A stretch of 64,000 nt of DNA from Eubacteriales bacterium (GTDB taxonomy: Bacteria; Bacillota; Clostridia; Oscillospirales; UBA644): contig JAZUMQ010000032.1 in assembly GCA_045603745.1 (NCBI GenBank), positions 7,133 through 71,132 of the forward strand. Direction: 5' to 3'. The position numbers were made by a program, and so were the translations under genes. Positions 47,365 to 57,404 of the stretch are shown here, piece by piece (the stretch's first letter is position 1; each line of letters begins with the position of its first letter). A model generated the notes under the pieces. That model saw only the letters and a program-made list of their open reading frames with translations. It had not been told where the DNA came from and did not search any database.

Positions 47365-48585
47365 ATGAAGAAATCCCCTAAAGGTATCCGCTACGGAACG
47401 ATGTTCTTTATCTTGGTCACTACAGTCATTTTGACGGCGATCGCTACATATTTTTATGTCAGTCAGAAGGTGGACGATTTAGGACGGAACCAACAAATTT
47501 ATACTAAATTGAATAAGGTCAACGACCTGATCAATAAAAACTATATTCTTCCCATTGACCCCGTTTACGGAAACGATCAGATTCTGGACGGTATCGTGGA
47601 AGGATACGTGGACGGCTTGGACGATGAATATTCCTATTATTTGAATGAGACGAATTATCGTCTTTCTTCCAACGTCGCAGAATCTTCCAGTGTCGGAATC
47701 GGAATCCGTGCCGCTTTTGATAAAAAGTCCGGCGGAGTTTTGGTCGATTTCGTAAAACAAAATTCTCCTGCCCAAGCCGTAGGAATTGAAACCGGAGATA
47801 TTATCGTTTCTGTTAACGGTACAGACGTCACGGAATTGGGGTATCGCAACGCCGTTGCCGCACTGTCCGGCGCCGAAGGTTCCGAAGTTGTTCTCACGTT
47901 CACCCGAGAAGGGGAGCCTGCTCCGTTAACGTTGTCCGTGACCCGCTCTCTCTTTGATCCTGAAACGGTTCAGTACCGGTTGTTGGAATCCGGAATCGGA
48001 TATTTGTTTATCAATGAATTTGACGTTTCTACCGTTTCGGAATTTTCCGCCGCCGTGGAGACGTTGCGCGCCGCCGGTGCCCGAGGTCTGATTATTGACC
48101 TCCGCTTCAATGCCGGGGGAGACCTTTCTTCCGCCCTTGACGTTTTGGATAAAGTCATGGCGGCCGGAATTATGTGCTCCGTTAAGGAATTAAGCGAGAA
48201 AGAACAAAAGACTTATTATTCCGATGAATCTCATCTGAATGAAAAAATCGTCGTTTTGCAGAACTTTGCAACCTCAGACGTGGCGGAAGTCTTTACCGGT
48301 GCTTTGAAAGATACCGAAACGGCGTCCATCGTCGGTGACGTATCTCGCGGTAAAGGGGTAGGGCAGCGTGATATTCCCCTTTCCGACGGAACCGCCATTC
48401 ATATTTCTACCTACGAATATATTACCCCGAATGGGACACAATTCAATGCAAGCGGTATTGCACCCGATGTCAGTATTGCTTTGTCTGAAGAAAAGATCAA
48501 CGGCTTTTTCACCCTTGCTACCGCTGATGACGACCAGTTGCAATCTGCTTTGCAGTTGCTCCGAACTCAACTCGGAACTTCTTGA
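47365..48585 (+). CDS. S41-family C-terminal processing peptidase paralog 1 (nucleophile motif apparently degenerate)
   Basis: 406 aa; TM anchor, PDZ (GIETGDIIVSVNG), DLRFNAGGD, RGKGVGQ (Lys present), but NFATSDVAE in place of NxxSASASE. Confidence 0.85.
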   Translation: MKKSPKGIRYGTMFFILVTTVILTAIATYFYVSQKVDDLGRNQQIYTKLNKVNDLINKNYILPIDPVYGNDQILDGIVEGYVDGLDDEYSYYLNETNYRLSSNVAESSSVGIGIRAAFDKKSGGVLVDFVKQNSPAQAVGIETGDIIVSVNGTDVTELGYRNAVAALSGAEGSEVVLTFTREGEPAPLTLSVTRSLFDPETVQYRLLESGIGYLFINEFDVSTVSEFSAAVETLRAAGARGLIIDLRFNAGGDLSSALDVLDKVMAAGIMCSVKELSEKEQKTYYSDESHLNEKIVVLQNFATSDVAEVFTGALKDTETASIVGDVSRGKGVGQRDIPLSDGTAIHISTYEYITPNGTQFNASGIAPDVSIALSEEKINGFFTLATADDDQLQSALQLLRTQLGTS

Positions 48586-48596
48586 TGAACGTTGTT

Positions 48597-48638
48597 TCGA
48601 TTCGGCTTTTTTCGCAAGGCCGAATCGATTCCTTTTTG
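48597..48638 (+). terminator. Terminator-like hairpin between the two S41 peptidase genes
   Basis: 10-bp stem TCGATTCGGC / GCCGAATCGA with a 12-nt loop followed by TTCCTTTTTG. Confidence 0.5.
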
Positions 48639-48657
48639 TATCGGAGGCGATTCCTCT

Positions 48658-49827
48658 TTGAAAAAACACTTTTTGGTTTTGATTTCGGTTGTTATAACTG
48701 CCGTTCTGACCTTTTCTTTTACGGCGGGGTTATTCCTTTTTTCTGATAACGAAAGCCGATTTTCTAAGACCATTTCCGAAATCAAAAGCTTGATTAATAA
48801 GCACGCAGTTTTTGATTTTTCAGAAGATGATGCGGAAAAAGCCGCAATTAATGCTTACCTTTCGGGGCTTGATGATTCCTATACGCAATTCTGGACAAAG
48901 GAAGAATACGAATCTCAACTCGCCTCCAATGAGGGGCATTTTTCCGGAATTGGAATCACCCTTCAATCTGCACAAACCATTGAAGACGGTTTATTTATTC
49001 GCCGTGTTCTCGGCAATTCTCCCGCAGAAAAAGCCGGTTTGAAAGCCGGAGATTTGATTACAGCCATGAACGATATTTCCCTTGTCGGCAGGGATTATGA
49101 TCAGGTGTTGGAAGAAATGCGCCTTGATGTAGGAGAATTCTTGACTTTTACCCTTTTACGAAATAACGAGACGTTGAAAATTTCCGTTACGTTTGCGGAT
49201 TTTGTTCAATCCTATGTTTCATATCGCATGATCGATTCCGTCGGGTTTATCCGAATCCATTCTTTTACGCTTCCCGCCGCAGAGGAATTTCAAAAAGCTT
49301 TGAACGATCTTCTTTCCCAGGGAGCGAAAGGTTTTGTTTTTGACCTTCGTAACAACCTTGGCGGCAGTTTAGACGCGGTGGAGCGGATTCTGGAACTTCT
49401 TATCCCCAAAGGAGAAGAAATGGTCGTGATTCGGTATAAAAACTCCGAGCAGATCATCTATTCCGAATTAGATCCGAAAACCGACGTTCCCATGGTGGTT
49501 CTCATCAACGGATCTTCCGCCAGCGGAAGTGAATTGATGGCATCTTGTCTGCGGGACGTAAACGGTTCTGTTTTGATCGGAAATCGTTCTTACGGAAAGG
49601 GAATCGGACAGACTACGTTCCGACTTTCCGACGATTCTGCCGTAAAGATTACCACGTTTCACTATTTGACCAAAGCAAGAAACGATTACCACGGCATCGG
49701 TCTGGAGCCGGATCAGACGGTTTCGCTAAGCGACGAACAAGAAAAATATTTTTACGCCCTTGATGAAACCAACGACCCCCAATTGCAAGCGGCGTTGACC
49801 AGCCTGAAATCCCAAATTGCCGGTTAA
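48658..49827 (+). CDS. S41-family C-terminal processing peptidase paralog 2 (canonical Ser/Lys dyad)
   Basis: TTG 48658 preferred (GGAGG SD 10 nt upstream, gives MKKHFLVLISVV anchor; the ORF is open from 48592). PDZ (GLKAGDLITAMN), DLRNNLGG, INGSSASGSE, YGKGIGQ. Confidence 0.88.
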   Translation: MKKHFLVLISVVITAVLTFSFTAGLFLFSDNESRFSKTISEIKSLINKHAVFDFSEDDAEKAAINAYLSGLDDSYTQFWTKEEYESQLASNEGHFSGIGITLQSAQTIEDGLFIRRVLGNSPAEKAGLKAGDLITAMNDISLVGRDYDQVLEEMRLDVGEFLTFTLLRNNETLKISVTFADFVQSYVSYRMIDSVGFIRIHSFTLPAAEEFQKALNDLLSQGAKGFVFDLRNNLGGSLDAVERILELLIPKGEEMVVIRYKNSEQIIYSELDPKTDVPMVVLINGSSASGSELMASCLRDVNGSVLIGNRSYGKGIGQTTFRLSDDSAVKITTFHYLTKARNDYHGIGLEPDQTVSLSDEQEKYFYALDETNDPQLQAALTSLKSQIAG

Positions 49828-49875
49828 ATTAATTACGTATTTCATTATCAATTTTTATACAAAGGAGACTTTATC

Positions 49876-50355
49876 ATGTCCCAGCCTATTTATCTGACCC
49901 AAGATGGGTTGAACAAACTGGAAGAAGAACTTCATTATCTCAAGGCCACCAAACGGGGCGAAGTTGCAGAACGCATCAAAGAAGCCCGCGGCCACGGTGA
50001 CCTTTCCGAAAACAGCGAATACGATGCCGCCTGCGAAGAACGTGCCATGGTGGAAGCTCGTATCAGCACGTTGGAAGAACAGTTGAAGTATGCCCAGGTC
50101 GTTGATCACAGCGAACTGAAAAACGACATCGTCCAGGTCGGTTCTATCGTCCGTGTTCTGGATTACGAATTTAATGAAGAGATTGAATATTCCATCGTTG
50201 GCATGACCGAATCCGATCCTGCTCAGAATAAAATCTCCGATCAAAGTCCCGTAGGGAAAACCTTGCTCGGCAGAAAAGCAGGGGAGACCGTTGTCGTCAA
50301 TGCTCCCGGCGGAGAATTCACCTACAAGATTCTTGAAATCGTTCTGCCTCGCTAA
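49876..50355 (+). CDS. greA: Transcription elongation factor GreA
   Basis: 159 aa; LTQDGLNKLEEELHYLK...GDLSENSEYDAA, C-terminal SPVGKTLLGRKAGE. Confidence 0.95.
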   Translation: MSQPIYLTQDGLNKLEEELHYLKATKRGEVAERIKEARGHGDLSENSEYDAACEERAMVEARISTLEEQLKYAQVVDHSELKNDIVQVGSIVRVLDYEFNEEIEYSIVGMTESDPAQNKISDQSPVGKTLLGRKAGETVVVNAPGGEFTYKILEIVLPR

Positions 50356-50379
50356 CCCAAAATTTGAAAGGCGTTTCTT

Positions 50380-50997
50380 ATGACCCTTCGTGCCAAAGCC
50401 GAAAATATATGGTATCATTATAAATACCATATTCTTGCCGGAATTTTTCTTCTCGGCACCTTGATCGTGTGTTTTCACAGTTGCGCGACCAAGCCTGAAT
50501 TTGATATTCAAGTCTATTACGTTACCGGATCTTCCCCCATGTATAATGAACAGTTGGCATGGATCGAATCTGCCGTTGCGTCTCAATGTGAGGACGTAAA
50601 CGGCGATGGGAAAGTGACTGTTGCCGTTACCGGACTTCGTGTGGGCGAGAATTCCAATGCAACGGAACGCGCTCAATATCTCAATGCCATTCAGGCGGGA
50701 GAGGTTATGTTACTTTTTGGCGACGAAGGAGGAATTAGCTACCTTCATAAAAACGGTTATCTTAAATCTCTGGCCGAATTTTCCGACCATCTTGACGGCG
50801 AAGGTTATGCTTGGAAGGTGACCGGTTCTGCCTTTTCATCTCAAACCGAAGGGTTCGACGTGTTTTCGGAACCCCTTTACGTTTCGCTTCGGATTTTTGA
50901 CAATACGTGGTCTTCGATCCGTTCCGGCGTGAAAGAAAATTATGAAGTTGCTTGCAATACGCTTCGTTCTATGATTGCCGTTTCTTCGGAAGAATAA
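50380..50997 (+). CDS. Hypothetical membrane-anchored protein
   Basis: 205 aa; single N-terminal TM (ILAGIFLLGTLIVCF) then a soluble domain; no recognised family. Confidence 0.6.
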   Translation: MTLRAKAENIWYHYKYHILAGIFLLGTLIVCFHSCATKPEFDIQVYYVTGSSPMYNEQLAWIESAVASQCEDVNGDGKVTVAVTGLRVGENSNATERAQYLNAIQAGEVMLLFGDEGGISYLHKNGYLKSLAEFSDHLDGEGYAWKVTGSAFSSQTEGFDVFSEPLYVSLRIFDNTWSSIRSGVKENYEVACNTLRSMIAVSSEE

Positions 50998-51161
50998 ATT
51001 TCTTTTTTGTTACATAGTATTGGACGATATGTGATTCGCCTGTGTTTCCCCGTGAATTTTCTTTGAACTCTGTCCTGCTTTCTTTGAAAACCGAATAACT
51101 TTTTTCCCAAGGGAAATACTTTTTTTGTATTTATCTTTTGGGAAGGGGAAGCAAAAAAAGT

Positions 51162-53351
51162 ATGAAAGCAGTTATCATGGCAGGCGGGTTCGGGACGCGC
51201 TTGCGCCCGCTGACGGAGGGGATTCCAAAGCCCTGTGTGTCGGTTGTTGGGGTTCCTTGTATCGTTCGCATTTTGCGAAATCTTTCGGCTCTCGGAATTC
51301 GGGAATTTCACGTCTCTCTCTTTTATCTTCCGCAACAGATCCGCACGGCGTTGTCAATTCCGGAATTTAAAAATCTGAGTATCTATTTTCACGAGGAAAC
51401 CGTCCCTTTGGGAACTGCCGGCTCAGTGAAAAATTGTCTTAAAAATTGCGACGACGATTTTATTGTCGTCAGCGGAGACGGTGTATTTGATTTCGATCTG
51501 TCTTCTGCCGTTGATCGTCATTATGCTCACGGCGGACCTTTGACGTTGGTATCAACTCGCGTCAGTGATCCCGGCGAATATGGGGTTTTGCTCTCCGATG
51601 ATACCGGTCGGATTCTTCGCTTTCTGGAAAAGCCCGATTGGTCTCACGCCTATTCTGACGCCGTAAATACCGGGATTTATATTTGCTCCCGTACGTTATT
51701 GGATTATATCCCCGAAGGAAAATCCGACTTTTCCAAAGATGTTTTTCCTGCGATGATGGAAATGGGAATCCCGATCTACCACCATGCCGCCAAAGGATAT
51801 TGGTGTGACATCGGTACGGTTTCTTCTTACCTCGACTGTAATCATAAACTGCTTTTGTCCGAAGGTTCCGTCATTCAAAGCCCCGTGGACGGACATTCGG
51901 TCATTGAATCGCCCTGTTATATCGGGAAAAACGTTCATTTGGATCGGTGCCATATCGGTCCTTATACCGTCATCGGAGACGGTTGTGTTTTGAATGATAC
52001 CCGACTGGAAGGTTGTGTTCTTGAAACCGGTGTTCGTTGTGAGTCCGGTTCCGTTGCCCGAAATGCCGTTTTATGTAAAAATTCTTTTTTACGCTCCAAC
52101 GTCCGGGTGGGAGATGGATGCGTAATCGGCGCCGATTGCGAGATCGGTTCCGGTTCCACAATTCCTGCCGGCGTAAAAATCTATCCCTCGAACCGTATTC
52201 CGGAGAACGCCTTTGTTCCCGGAAATGTACACCATAAACTTCGTTCCTTACTTCCGGAAGAAGGAAAAATTATCTTTCCCTTTGGCGAAGATTTCGGTGG
52301 CGCTATGATGTATGAGATCGGCCGCGCCCTTGCCGAATTGTTCGACGGTGACGTCGTTGTCGGCAGAGCCGAACAGCGGGACGCTTCCGCAACGATGACT
52401 CTTTGCGGCGGCGTTTTGTCCTGCGGAAAAAACGTATACGATACCGGCGTGAACGATTTATCTCAATTTCGTTTTACGGTGCGTAATTATGCCTTTCGGT
52501 GCGGTGCGTTTTTTCAACGGAATTATTCCAACCTGATCCTTCGTCTGTATGATGGAAACGGCATGCCTCTTTCCCCTTCCTTGGGACGTAAATTGTTGCG
52601 AGGGTTGACTCAGGAAAGTTCCTGTGGGGAAAAGGACGGAATTTACCGTATTTTCCGTGGCGGCGCAAAATCCTATCAATCCTACCTTCGTTCTTTTGGA
52701 ATTCCCAATCGATTGATGGTTCGGGTAGTTGCAACTCCCGTACTGTCTCCTCTTTTGCCCCGAATTCCCGAACCGGAAGCGGGAGAGCGTATGCGTATCG
52801 GCCCTGAATGGGTGCGCATTGAGCGTCCCGACGGCGAACCCTTTGATGAAGACGTGATCCGGCTCTGTTCCTGCATCGCTTTAGGGCGTAAGGAATCCCC
52901 GGTTTATTTCCCTTATTCCTTTCCAAATCTAACCGAAGAAGTGGCGAAATCTTATGGTTTTCGCGCCTTAAGAACCACCGGAGACGAAAAGTCTGTTCGG
53001 AAGTTGTTTCCTCTTACCGATCCAAACGTTCAGGCATTGTTGATCTTGAACCTTTTGCAAGAGGAAAAATGTTCCTTTCAACAATTTGTTTCTCGTCTCC
53101 CCGTTTTTGCGGTAAAACAACGGGACGTTTCGGTCACCTTGCCCCGAAGTGCCGTAATGCGAATTTTGGCATCTTCCGGGGGAGAATTGTTGGAAGGAAT
53201 TCGTTTCTTTGATCGATCCGGTGTGGTTCGCATTACCCCAAAGCCAAATACCAATGCTTTTCGTATTTCTTCCGAAGCCTCCACTGTGGAAACTGCGGAG
53301 GAACTTTGCGAATTTTATTCCATGAAACTAAAAGGGTTGAAGCCCGATTGA
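51162..53351 (+). CDS. Sugar-1-phosphate nucleotidyltransferase (GlmU/GMPP-like NTP-transferase + left-handed beta-helix) fused to a phosphohexomutase-like C-terminal region
   Basis: 729 aa; MAGGFGTRLRPLT pyrophosphorylase loop, hexapeptide repeats about residues 250-360, C-terminal PGM/PMM-like region lacking the TASHNP and DGDxDR motifs. Confidence 0.8.
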   Translation: MKAVIMAGGFGTRLRPLTEGIPKPCVSVVGVPCIVRILRNLSALGIREFHVSLFYLPQQIRTALSIPEFKNLSIYFHEETVPLGTAGSVKNCLKNCDDDFIVVSGDGVFDFDLSSAVDRHYAHGGPLTLVSTRVSDPGEYGVLLSDDTGRILRFLEKPDWSHAYSDAVNTGIYICSRTLLDYIPEGKSDFSKDVFPAMMEMGIPIYHHAAKGYWCDIGTVSSYLDCNHKLLLSEGSVIQSPVDGHSVIESPCYIGKNVHLDRCHIGPYTVIGDGCVLNDTRLEGCVLETGVRCESGSVARNAVLCKNSFLRSNVRVGDGCVIGADCEIGSGSTIPAGVKIYPSNRIPENAFVPGNVHHKLRSLLPEEGKIIFPFGEDFGGAMMYEIGRALAELFDGDVVVGRAEQRDASATMTLCGGVLSCGKNVYDTGVNDLSQFRFTVRNYAFRCGAFFQRNYSNLILRLYDGNGMPLSPSLGRKLLRGLTQESSCGEKDGIYRIFRGGAKSYQSYLRSFGIPNRLMVRVVATPVLSPLLPRIPEPEAGERMRIGPEWVRIERPDGEPFDEDVIRLCSCIALGRKESPVYFPYSFPNLTEEVAKSYGFRALRTTGDEKSVRKLFPLTDPNVQALLILNLLQEEKCSFQQFVSRLPVFAVKQRDVSVTLPRSAVMRILASSGGELLEGIRFFDRSGVVRITPKPNTNAFRISSEASTVETAEELCEFYSMKLKGLKPD

Positions 53352-53405
53352 TTCCCGGTTATGCCGGGTACATAGAATTGTTTGATCAAATTAAGGAGGA
53401 TCATT

Positions 53406-55076
53406 TTGAAAAAAATTGAAAAAATCAGAATTATTCCGCTGGGCGGATTGAATGAGATCGGAAAGAATATGACGCTGATCGAATGCGGAAAGGATATTAT
53501 CGTCGTAGACTGCGGTATGGCGTTTCCCGACGAAGATATGCCCGGTGTCGATTACGTCATTCCCGACGTACAATATCTGATTAAGAACAAAGACCGTGTT
53601 GCCGCAATTTTCCTGACCCACGGCCACGAAGATCATATCGGAGCTTTGCCTTACGTATTGCGGGAGATCAACGTTCCGGTTTACGGTACCCGCATGACCC
53701 TTGGCATCGTCGTCAATAAATTGCGGGAATTTCACTTGGAAAAAAATACCAAACTTATGCAGGTTTCTGCAGGAGAATCGGTTAAGATCGGTTCTCTTTC
53801 TGTGGAATATATCCACACGAACCACTCCATCGCTGACTCTGCTGCCCTTGCAATTCACACTCCCTGCGGCGTTATTTTTCATACCGGAGACTTTAAAATC
53901 GACGTCAGCCCCATCGACGGAGATATTATTGACCTTCCTCGTATCGGGGAATTGGGTAAAGAAGGAATTCTTGCTCTTTTGTCCGACTCTACCGGTGCGG
54001 AGAAACCCGGTCATTCTATGAGTGAAAGCAAAGTCGGCTCGTCCCTAAACGATATTTTCCGCAGAGCCGACAAAAAGCGTATTATTGTTGCAACCTTTGC
54101 CTCAAACGTTCACCGAGTTCAACAGATCATCAACTTGGCTGCCCAGTACGGACGCCGGGTTGCCGTCAGCGGTCGGAGTATGATGACCGTTTTGGAAGCC
54201 GCCATGCAGTTGGGATATACCAAAGTTCCCAAGGGCGTTCTCATCGATATTGATAAGATCAAAAAAATCCCCCCCGAACAATTGGTGGTCATCACCACCG
54301 GAAGTCAGGGTGAACCGATGTCTGCGTTGTATCGTATGGCATATTCCGAGCATAAGGTCGTCGAGATCAATGAAAAAGATCTTGTCATCGTTTCCGCATC
54401 TGCCATTCCCGGTAACGAAAAACCCGTAGGGAACATGGTCAACGAACTGTTCCGTTCCGGCGCGGAAGTGGTCTATGAATCTTATAATGAAATTCACGCT
54501 TCCGGCCACGCCTGTCAGGAAGAATTGAAATTGATGCTCGGTATGACTCAACCCAAATTTTTTATTCCGGTTCATGGCGAATACCGCCATCTGCACCGTC
54601 ATGCGACGTTGGCGGAAGGTATGGGGGTTGCAAAAGAAAATATTTTGATTGCCGAGATCGGTGATATTATCGAATTAGATAAAAATTCCGCAAAGATCGT
54701 CGGTACTGTTCCTGCCGGGCGGGTTCTTGTGGACGGTCTTGGTGTGGGTGACGTGGGTAACGTGGTTCTTCGGGATCGCAAACATCTTGCCCAAGACGGA
54801 TTGATTGTTGCCGTTGCGGTTGTGGATTCCAAAACCGGACAACTGTTGTCCGAACCGGAAATCCTTACCCGCGGATTCGTTTATATCAAAGAAAACGAAG
54901 AGTTGATGGAGATGGTGAAAAAGATCACAACCGACGTCATTCTCCGTTGTGCAAAAGAAAAACAAAACGATTGGGGCTTTAATGCGAAAAATAAGGTTCG
55001 GGACGAATTGGATCGTTATATCTTCAGCCAAACCATGCGCAAACCCATGATTTTGCCCGTGATCAAATATATCTGA
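53406..55076 (+). CDS. rnj: Ribonuclease J
   Basis: 556 aa from TTG 53406 (AAGGAGG SD 6 nt upstream); metallo-beta-lactamase HGHEDHIG, beta-CASP, HASGHA, C-terminal domain. Confidence 0.93.
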   Translation: MKKIEKIRIIPLGGLNEIGKNMTLIECGKDIIVVDCGMAFPDEDMPGVDYVIPDVQYLIKNKDRVAAIFLTHGHEDHIGALPYVLREINVPVYGTRMTLGIVVNKLREFHLEKNTKLMQVSAGESVKIGSLSVEYIHTNHSIADSAALAIHTPCGVIFHTGDFKIDVSPIDGDIIDLPRIGELGKEGILALLSDSTGAEKPGHSMSESKVGSSLNDIFRRADKKRIIVATFASNVHRVQQIINLAAQYGRRVAVSGRSMMTVLEAAMQLGYTKVPKGVLIDIDKIKKIPPEQLVVITTGSQGEPMSALYRMAYSEHKVVEINEKDLVIVSASAIPGNEKPVGNMVNELFRSGAEVVYESYNEIHASGHACQEELKLMLGMTQPKFFIPVHGEYRHLHRHATLAEGMGVAKENILIAEIGDIIELDKNSAKIVGTVPAGRVLVDGLGVGDVGNVVLRDRKHLAQDGLIVAVAVVDSKTGQLLSEPEILTRGFVYIKENEELMEMVKKITTDVILRCAKEKQNDWGFNAKNKVRDELDRYIFSQTMRKPMILPVIKYI

Positions 55077-55088
55077 CAGAGGTGTCCT

Positions 55089-56474
55089 ATGGATAAAATC
55101 CGCGCATATTTTGATTCCTTGAAAGGGAAAGAAATTTCCGTTGTTGGCCTTGGCGTAAGCCACAGACCGCTGATTGCACTTTTCCTGCAAGAAGGATTGT
55201 CGGTTACCGCATACGACAAGAAATCTATGGAAGAATTAGGTGATTTCGGAAAAGAATACGCTGAAAAAGGGGTCAAATTTATTTTGGGCGATGGGTATCT
55301 CGACGATTTAAAAGGAGATCTCATCTTCAAAACTCCCGGAATGAGGGGAGACCTGCCTCCCTTTGAAAAAGCACGGTCTGCCGGAGCGGTGGTCACGTCG
55401 GAAATGGAAGTTTTCTTTCAGCTTTGTCCCTGCCCCATCTTTGCGGTCACCGGCAGCGACGGAAAAACCACGACCACGACTCTCATCTCCAAATTCCTTT
55501 CTGCGCAAGGTAAACGTTGTTGGCTCGGCGGAAATATCGGAACACCGTTGCTTCCTCAGATTTTTACTATGACTGCCGATGATGTTGCCGTGGTGGAATT
55601 GTCTTCCTTTCAGTTGAATGACATGCACCGTTCCGCCCAAACCGCCGTGGTTACCAATGTCGCTCCCAATCATTTGGATTGGCATACCGACATGGCGGAA
55701 TACATTAATGCAAAACGCTGCGTTTTTCAGCATCAAACACCTTCCGGAAGACTTGTGGTCAATTACGATAACGATATTACCCGAGGATATGGGGAAGAGG
55801 CAAAGGGCGAGGTTCTCTATTTCTCCTTTAAAGGTCCTGTTCCTAAGGGCGTATATCTGGACGAAAAGGGAGATATTTGCATCACCGACGGCGTTACCGT
55901 GAATCGCCTCATGCATCGTTCACAGATTCGCATTATTGGGGATCATAACGTGGAAAATTATATGGCGGCTATTACTGCCACCCTCGGTTACGTAGATAAG
56001 GAAGTAATTTGTACTGTTGCCGAAACCTTTGGCGGGGTAGAACATCGTATGGAATTTGTTCGGGAAGTGGAGGGTGTGAAATGGTACAACGATTCCATCG
56101 CCTCCAGTCCGACCCGAGTTATCGCTGGATTGAAAGCTCAGACCCAAAAGATCATCATGCTTGCCGGCGGCTACGATAAAAAAATCCCCTTTGAGCCGAT
56201 GGTTCCGTACGTGTTGGAAAAGGTGAAATATTTGATCCTTACCGGGGCTACTGCAGAAAAAATCCGCACGGCAATCGTCTCTCACCCCGAATACGATCCG
56301 GAAAAACTCACCATCGAAATGAGTCCTTCTTGGGATTACGCCATCGCTCACGCCAAAGAAATTGCAATTCCCGGAGACATTGTTTCCCTGTCTCCCGCCT
56401 GCGCTTCCTTTGATTGTTTTGCCAATTTTGAAGTTCGCGGCGAGTACTTCAAAAAGAAAGTAAACGAGTTTTAA
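55089..56474 (+). CDS. murD: UDP-N-acetylmuramoyl-L-alanine--D-glutamate ligase
   Basis: 461 aa; GLGVSHRPL Rossmann, P-loop GSDGKTTT, NHLDWH, DSIASSP. Confidence 0.93.
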   Translation: MDKIRAYFDSLKGKEISVVGLGVSHRPLIALFLQEGLSVTAYDKKSMEELGDFGKEYAEKGVKFILGDGYLDDLKGDLIFKTPGMRGDLPPFEKARSAGAVVTSEMEVFFQLCPCPIFAVTGSDGKTTTTTLISKFLSAQGKRCWLGGNIGTPLLPQIFTMTADDVAVVELSSFQLNDMHRSAQTAVVTNVAPNHLDWHTDMAEYINAKRCVFQHQTPSGRLVVNYDNDITRGYGEEAKGEVLYFSFKGPVPKGVYLDEKGDICITDGVTVNRLMHRSQIRIIGDHNVENYMAAITATLGYVDKEVICTVAETFGGVEHRMEFVREVEGVKWYNDSIASSPTRVIAGLKAQTQKIIMLAGGYDKKIPFEPMVPYVLEKVKYLILTGATAEKIRTAIVSHPEYDPEKLTIEMSPSWDYAIAHAKEIAIPGDIVSLSPACASFDCFANFEVRGEYFKKKVNEF

Positions 56475-56476
56475 TC

Positions 56477-56508
56477 AAAAAAATGCACCGATCATCGGTG
56501 CATTTTTT
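56477..56508. terminator. Bidirectional intrinsic terminator between convergent murD and GDPD genes
   Basis: AAAAAA-ATGCACCGAT-c-ATCGGTGCAT-TTTTT palindrome. Confidence 0.85.
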
Positions 56509-56517
56509 ATGTCATAT

Positions 56518-57282
56518 TTATTCCAGAATGTTGGTCGTGATATAATCAACTCTTACTTCATCTGCAAGTCTTATTGCAGCTTCCAGATCGTTTTCTGCCC
56601 ATACGTTGATCTTTTTCCCTGCGTCGTGAACTGCTTGTGCCATTTCTTTATCAATAATGAGATGATTAATATCCAAATCCAGATTGTATTGATTTAACGT
56701 ATCAACCAAGGACTGAATCGTGCCACCGTCATCAAAATATTTTTTATCTATTAGGTACTGCGCTGATTGTTCGGGATATAATTCTCGGAGGTAAATCAGA
56801 TTTTGAAGTCCAAATGCAATGATGGTCGTGTTGTGCAACCAATCATGGCTCTTTACAATATCGCAAATTTCAGTAAGTTGCTCTTTTGTATAGAGTTGTT
56901 TTAATTCGATTACGGCCATTTTTTCGTACCGCTTGCAGATCTGTATGAATTCCCAAAGGGAAGGAATGCAAATATCGTTTCGGTCTTTTTCTCCACCCAT
57001 TCCGCAAAGTTTGATCTTTCGGACGGTGTCGTAAGTGCATTCTTCGACGTTAATATTATCGATTCCTACGCGGGAAACGTTTGCATCGTGAAGACAAACG
57101 AAATGTCCGTCCACCGTGCAATGAATATCCGTTTCAATTCCGTAATAAGACCGATTGCCGGCGGCCACGAATGCGGCGTGAGTGTTTTCTTTTTCCAGAC
57201 CCGAAACGCCTCTGTGGGCAATCATCAAGGGTTTATGGGAACAGGTGAGTTTAATTGTATTGCTCAAAGTCGTATTGTCCAT
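56518..57282 (-). CDS. Glycerophosphodiester phosphodiesterase (GDPD family)
   Basis: 254 aa from ATG 57282 (GAAGGAAG SD); MIAHRGVSGLEKENTHAAF, IETDIH, VWAEND. Confidence 0.88.
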   Translation of the reverse strand: MDNTTLSNTIKLTCSHKPLMIAHRGVSGLEKENTHAAFVAAGNRSYYGIETDIHCTVDGHFVCLHDANVSRVGIDNINVEECTYDTVRKIKLCGMGGEKDRNDICIPSLWEFIQICKRYEKMAVIELKQLYTKEQLTEICDIVKSHDWLHNTTIIAFGLQNLIYLRELYPEQSAQYLIDKKYFDDGGTIQSLVDTLNQYNLDLDINHLIIDKEMAQAVHDAGKKINVWAENDLEAAIRLADEVRVDYITTNILE

Positions 57283-57347
57283 AAGGATACTTCCTTCAAT
57301 TTTTTTTAAGTATAACATATATCGTTTCAAAAGTCAATGCCATTTTC

Positions 57348-57376
57348 TTGACATTTCGGCAAAAAAGTATTATAAT
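57348..57376 (+). promoter_or_regulatory. Consensus sigma-A promoter for the MscS-family gene
   Basis: TTGACA (57348-57353), exactly 17-nt spacer, TATAAT (57371-57376); 28 nt before ATG 57405. Confidence 0.7.
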
Positions 57377-57404
57377 ATAAGAAAAACGAAGGTGGTATTT
57401 TATT

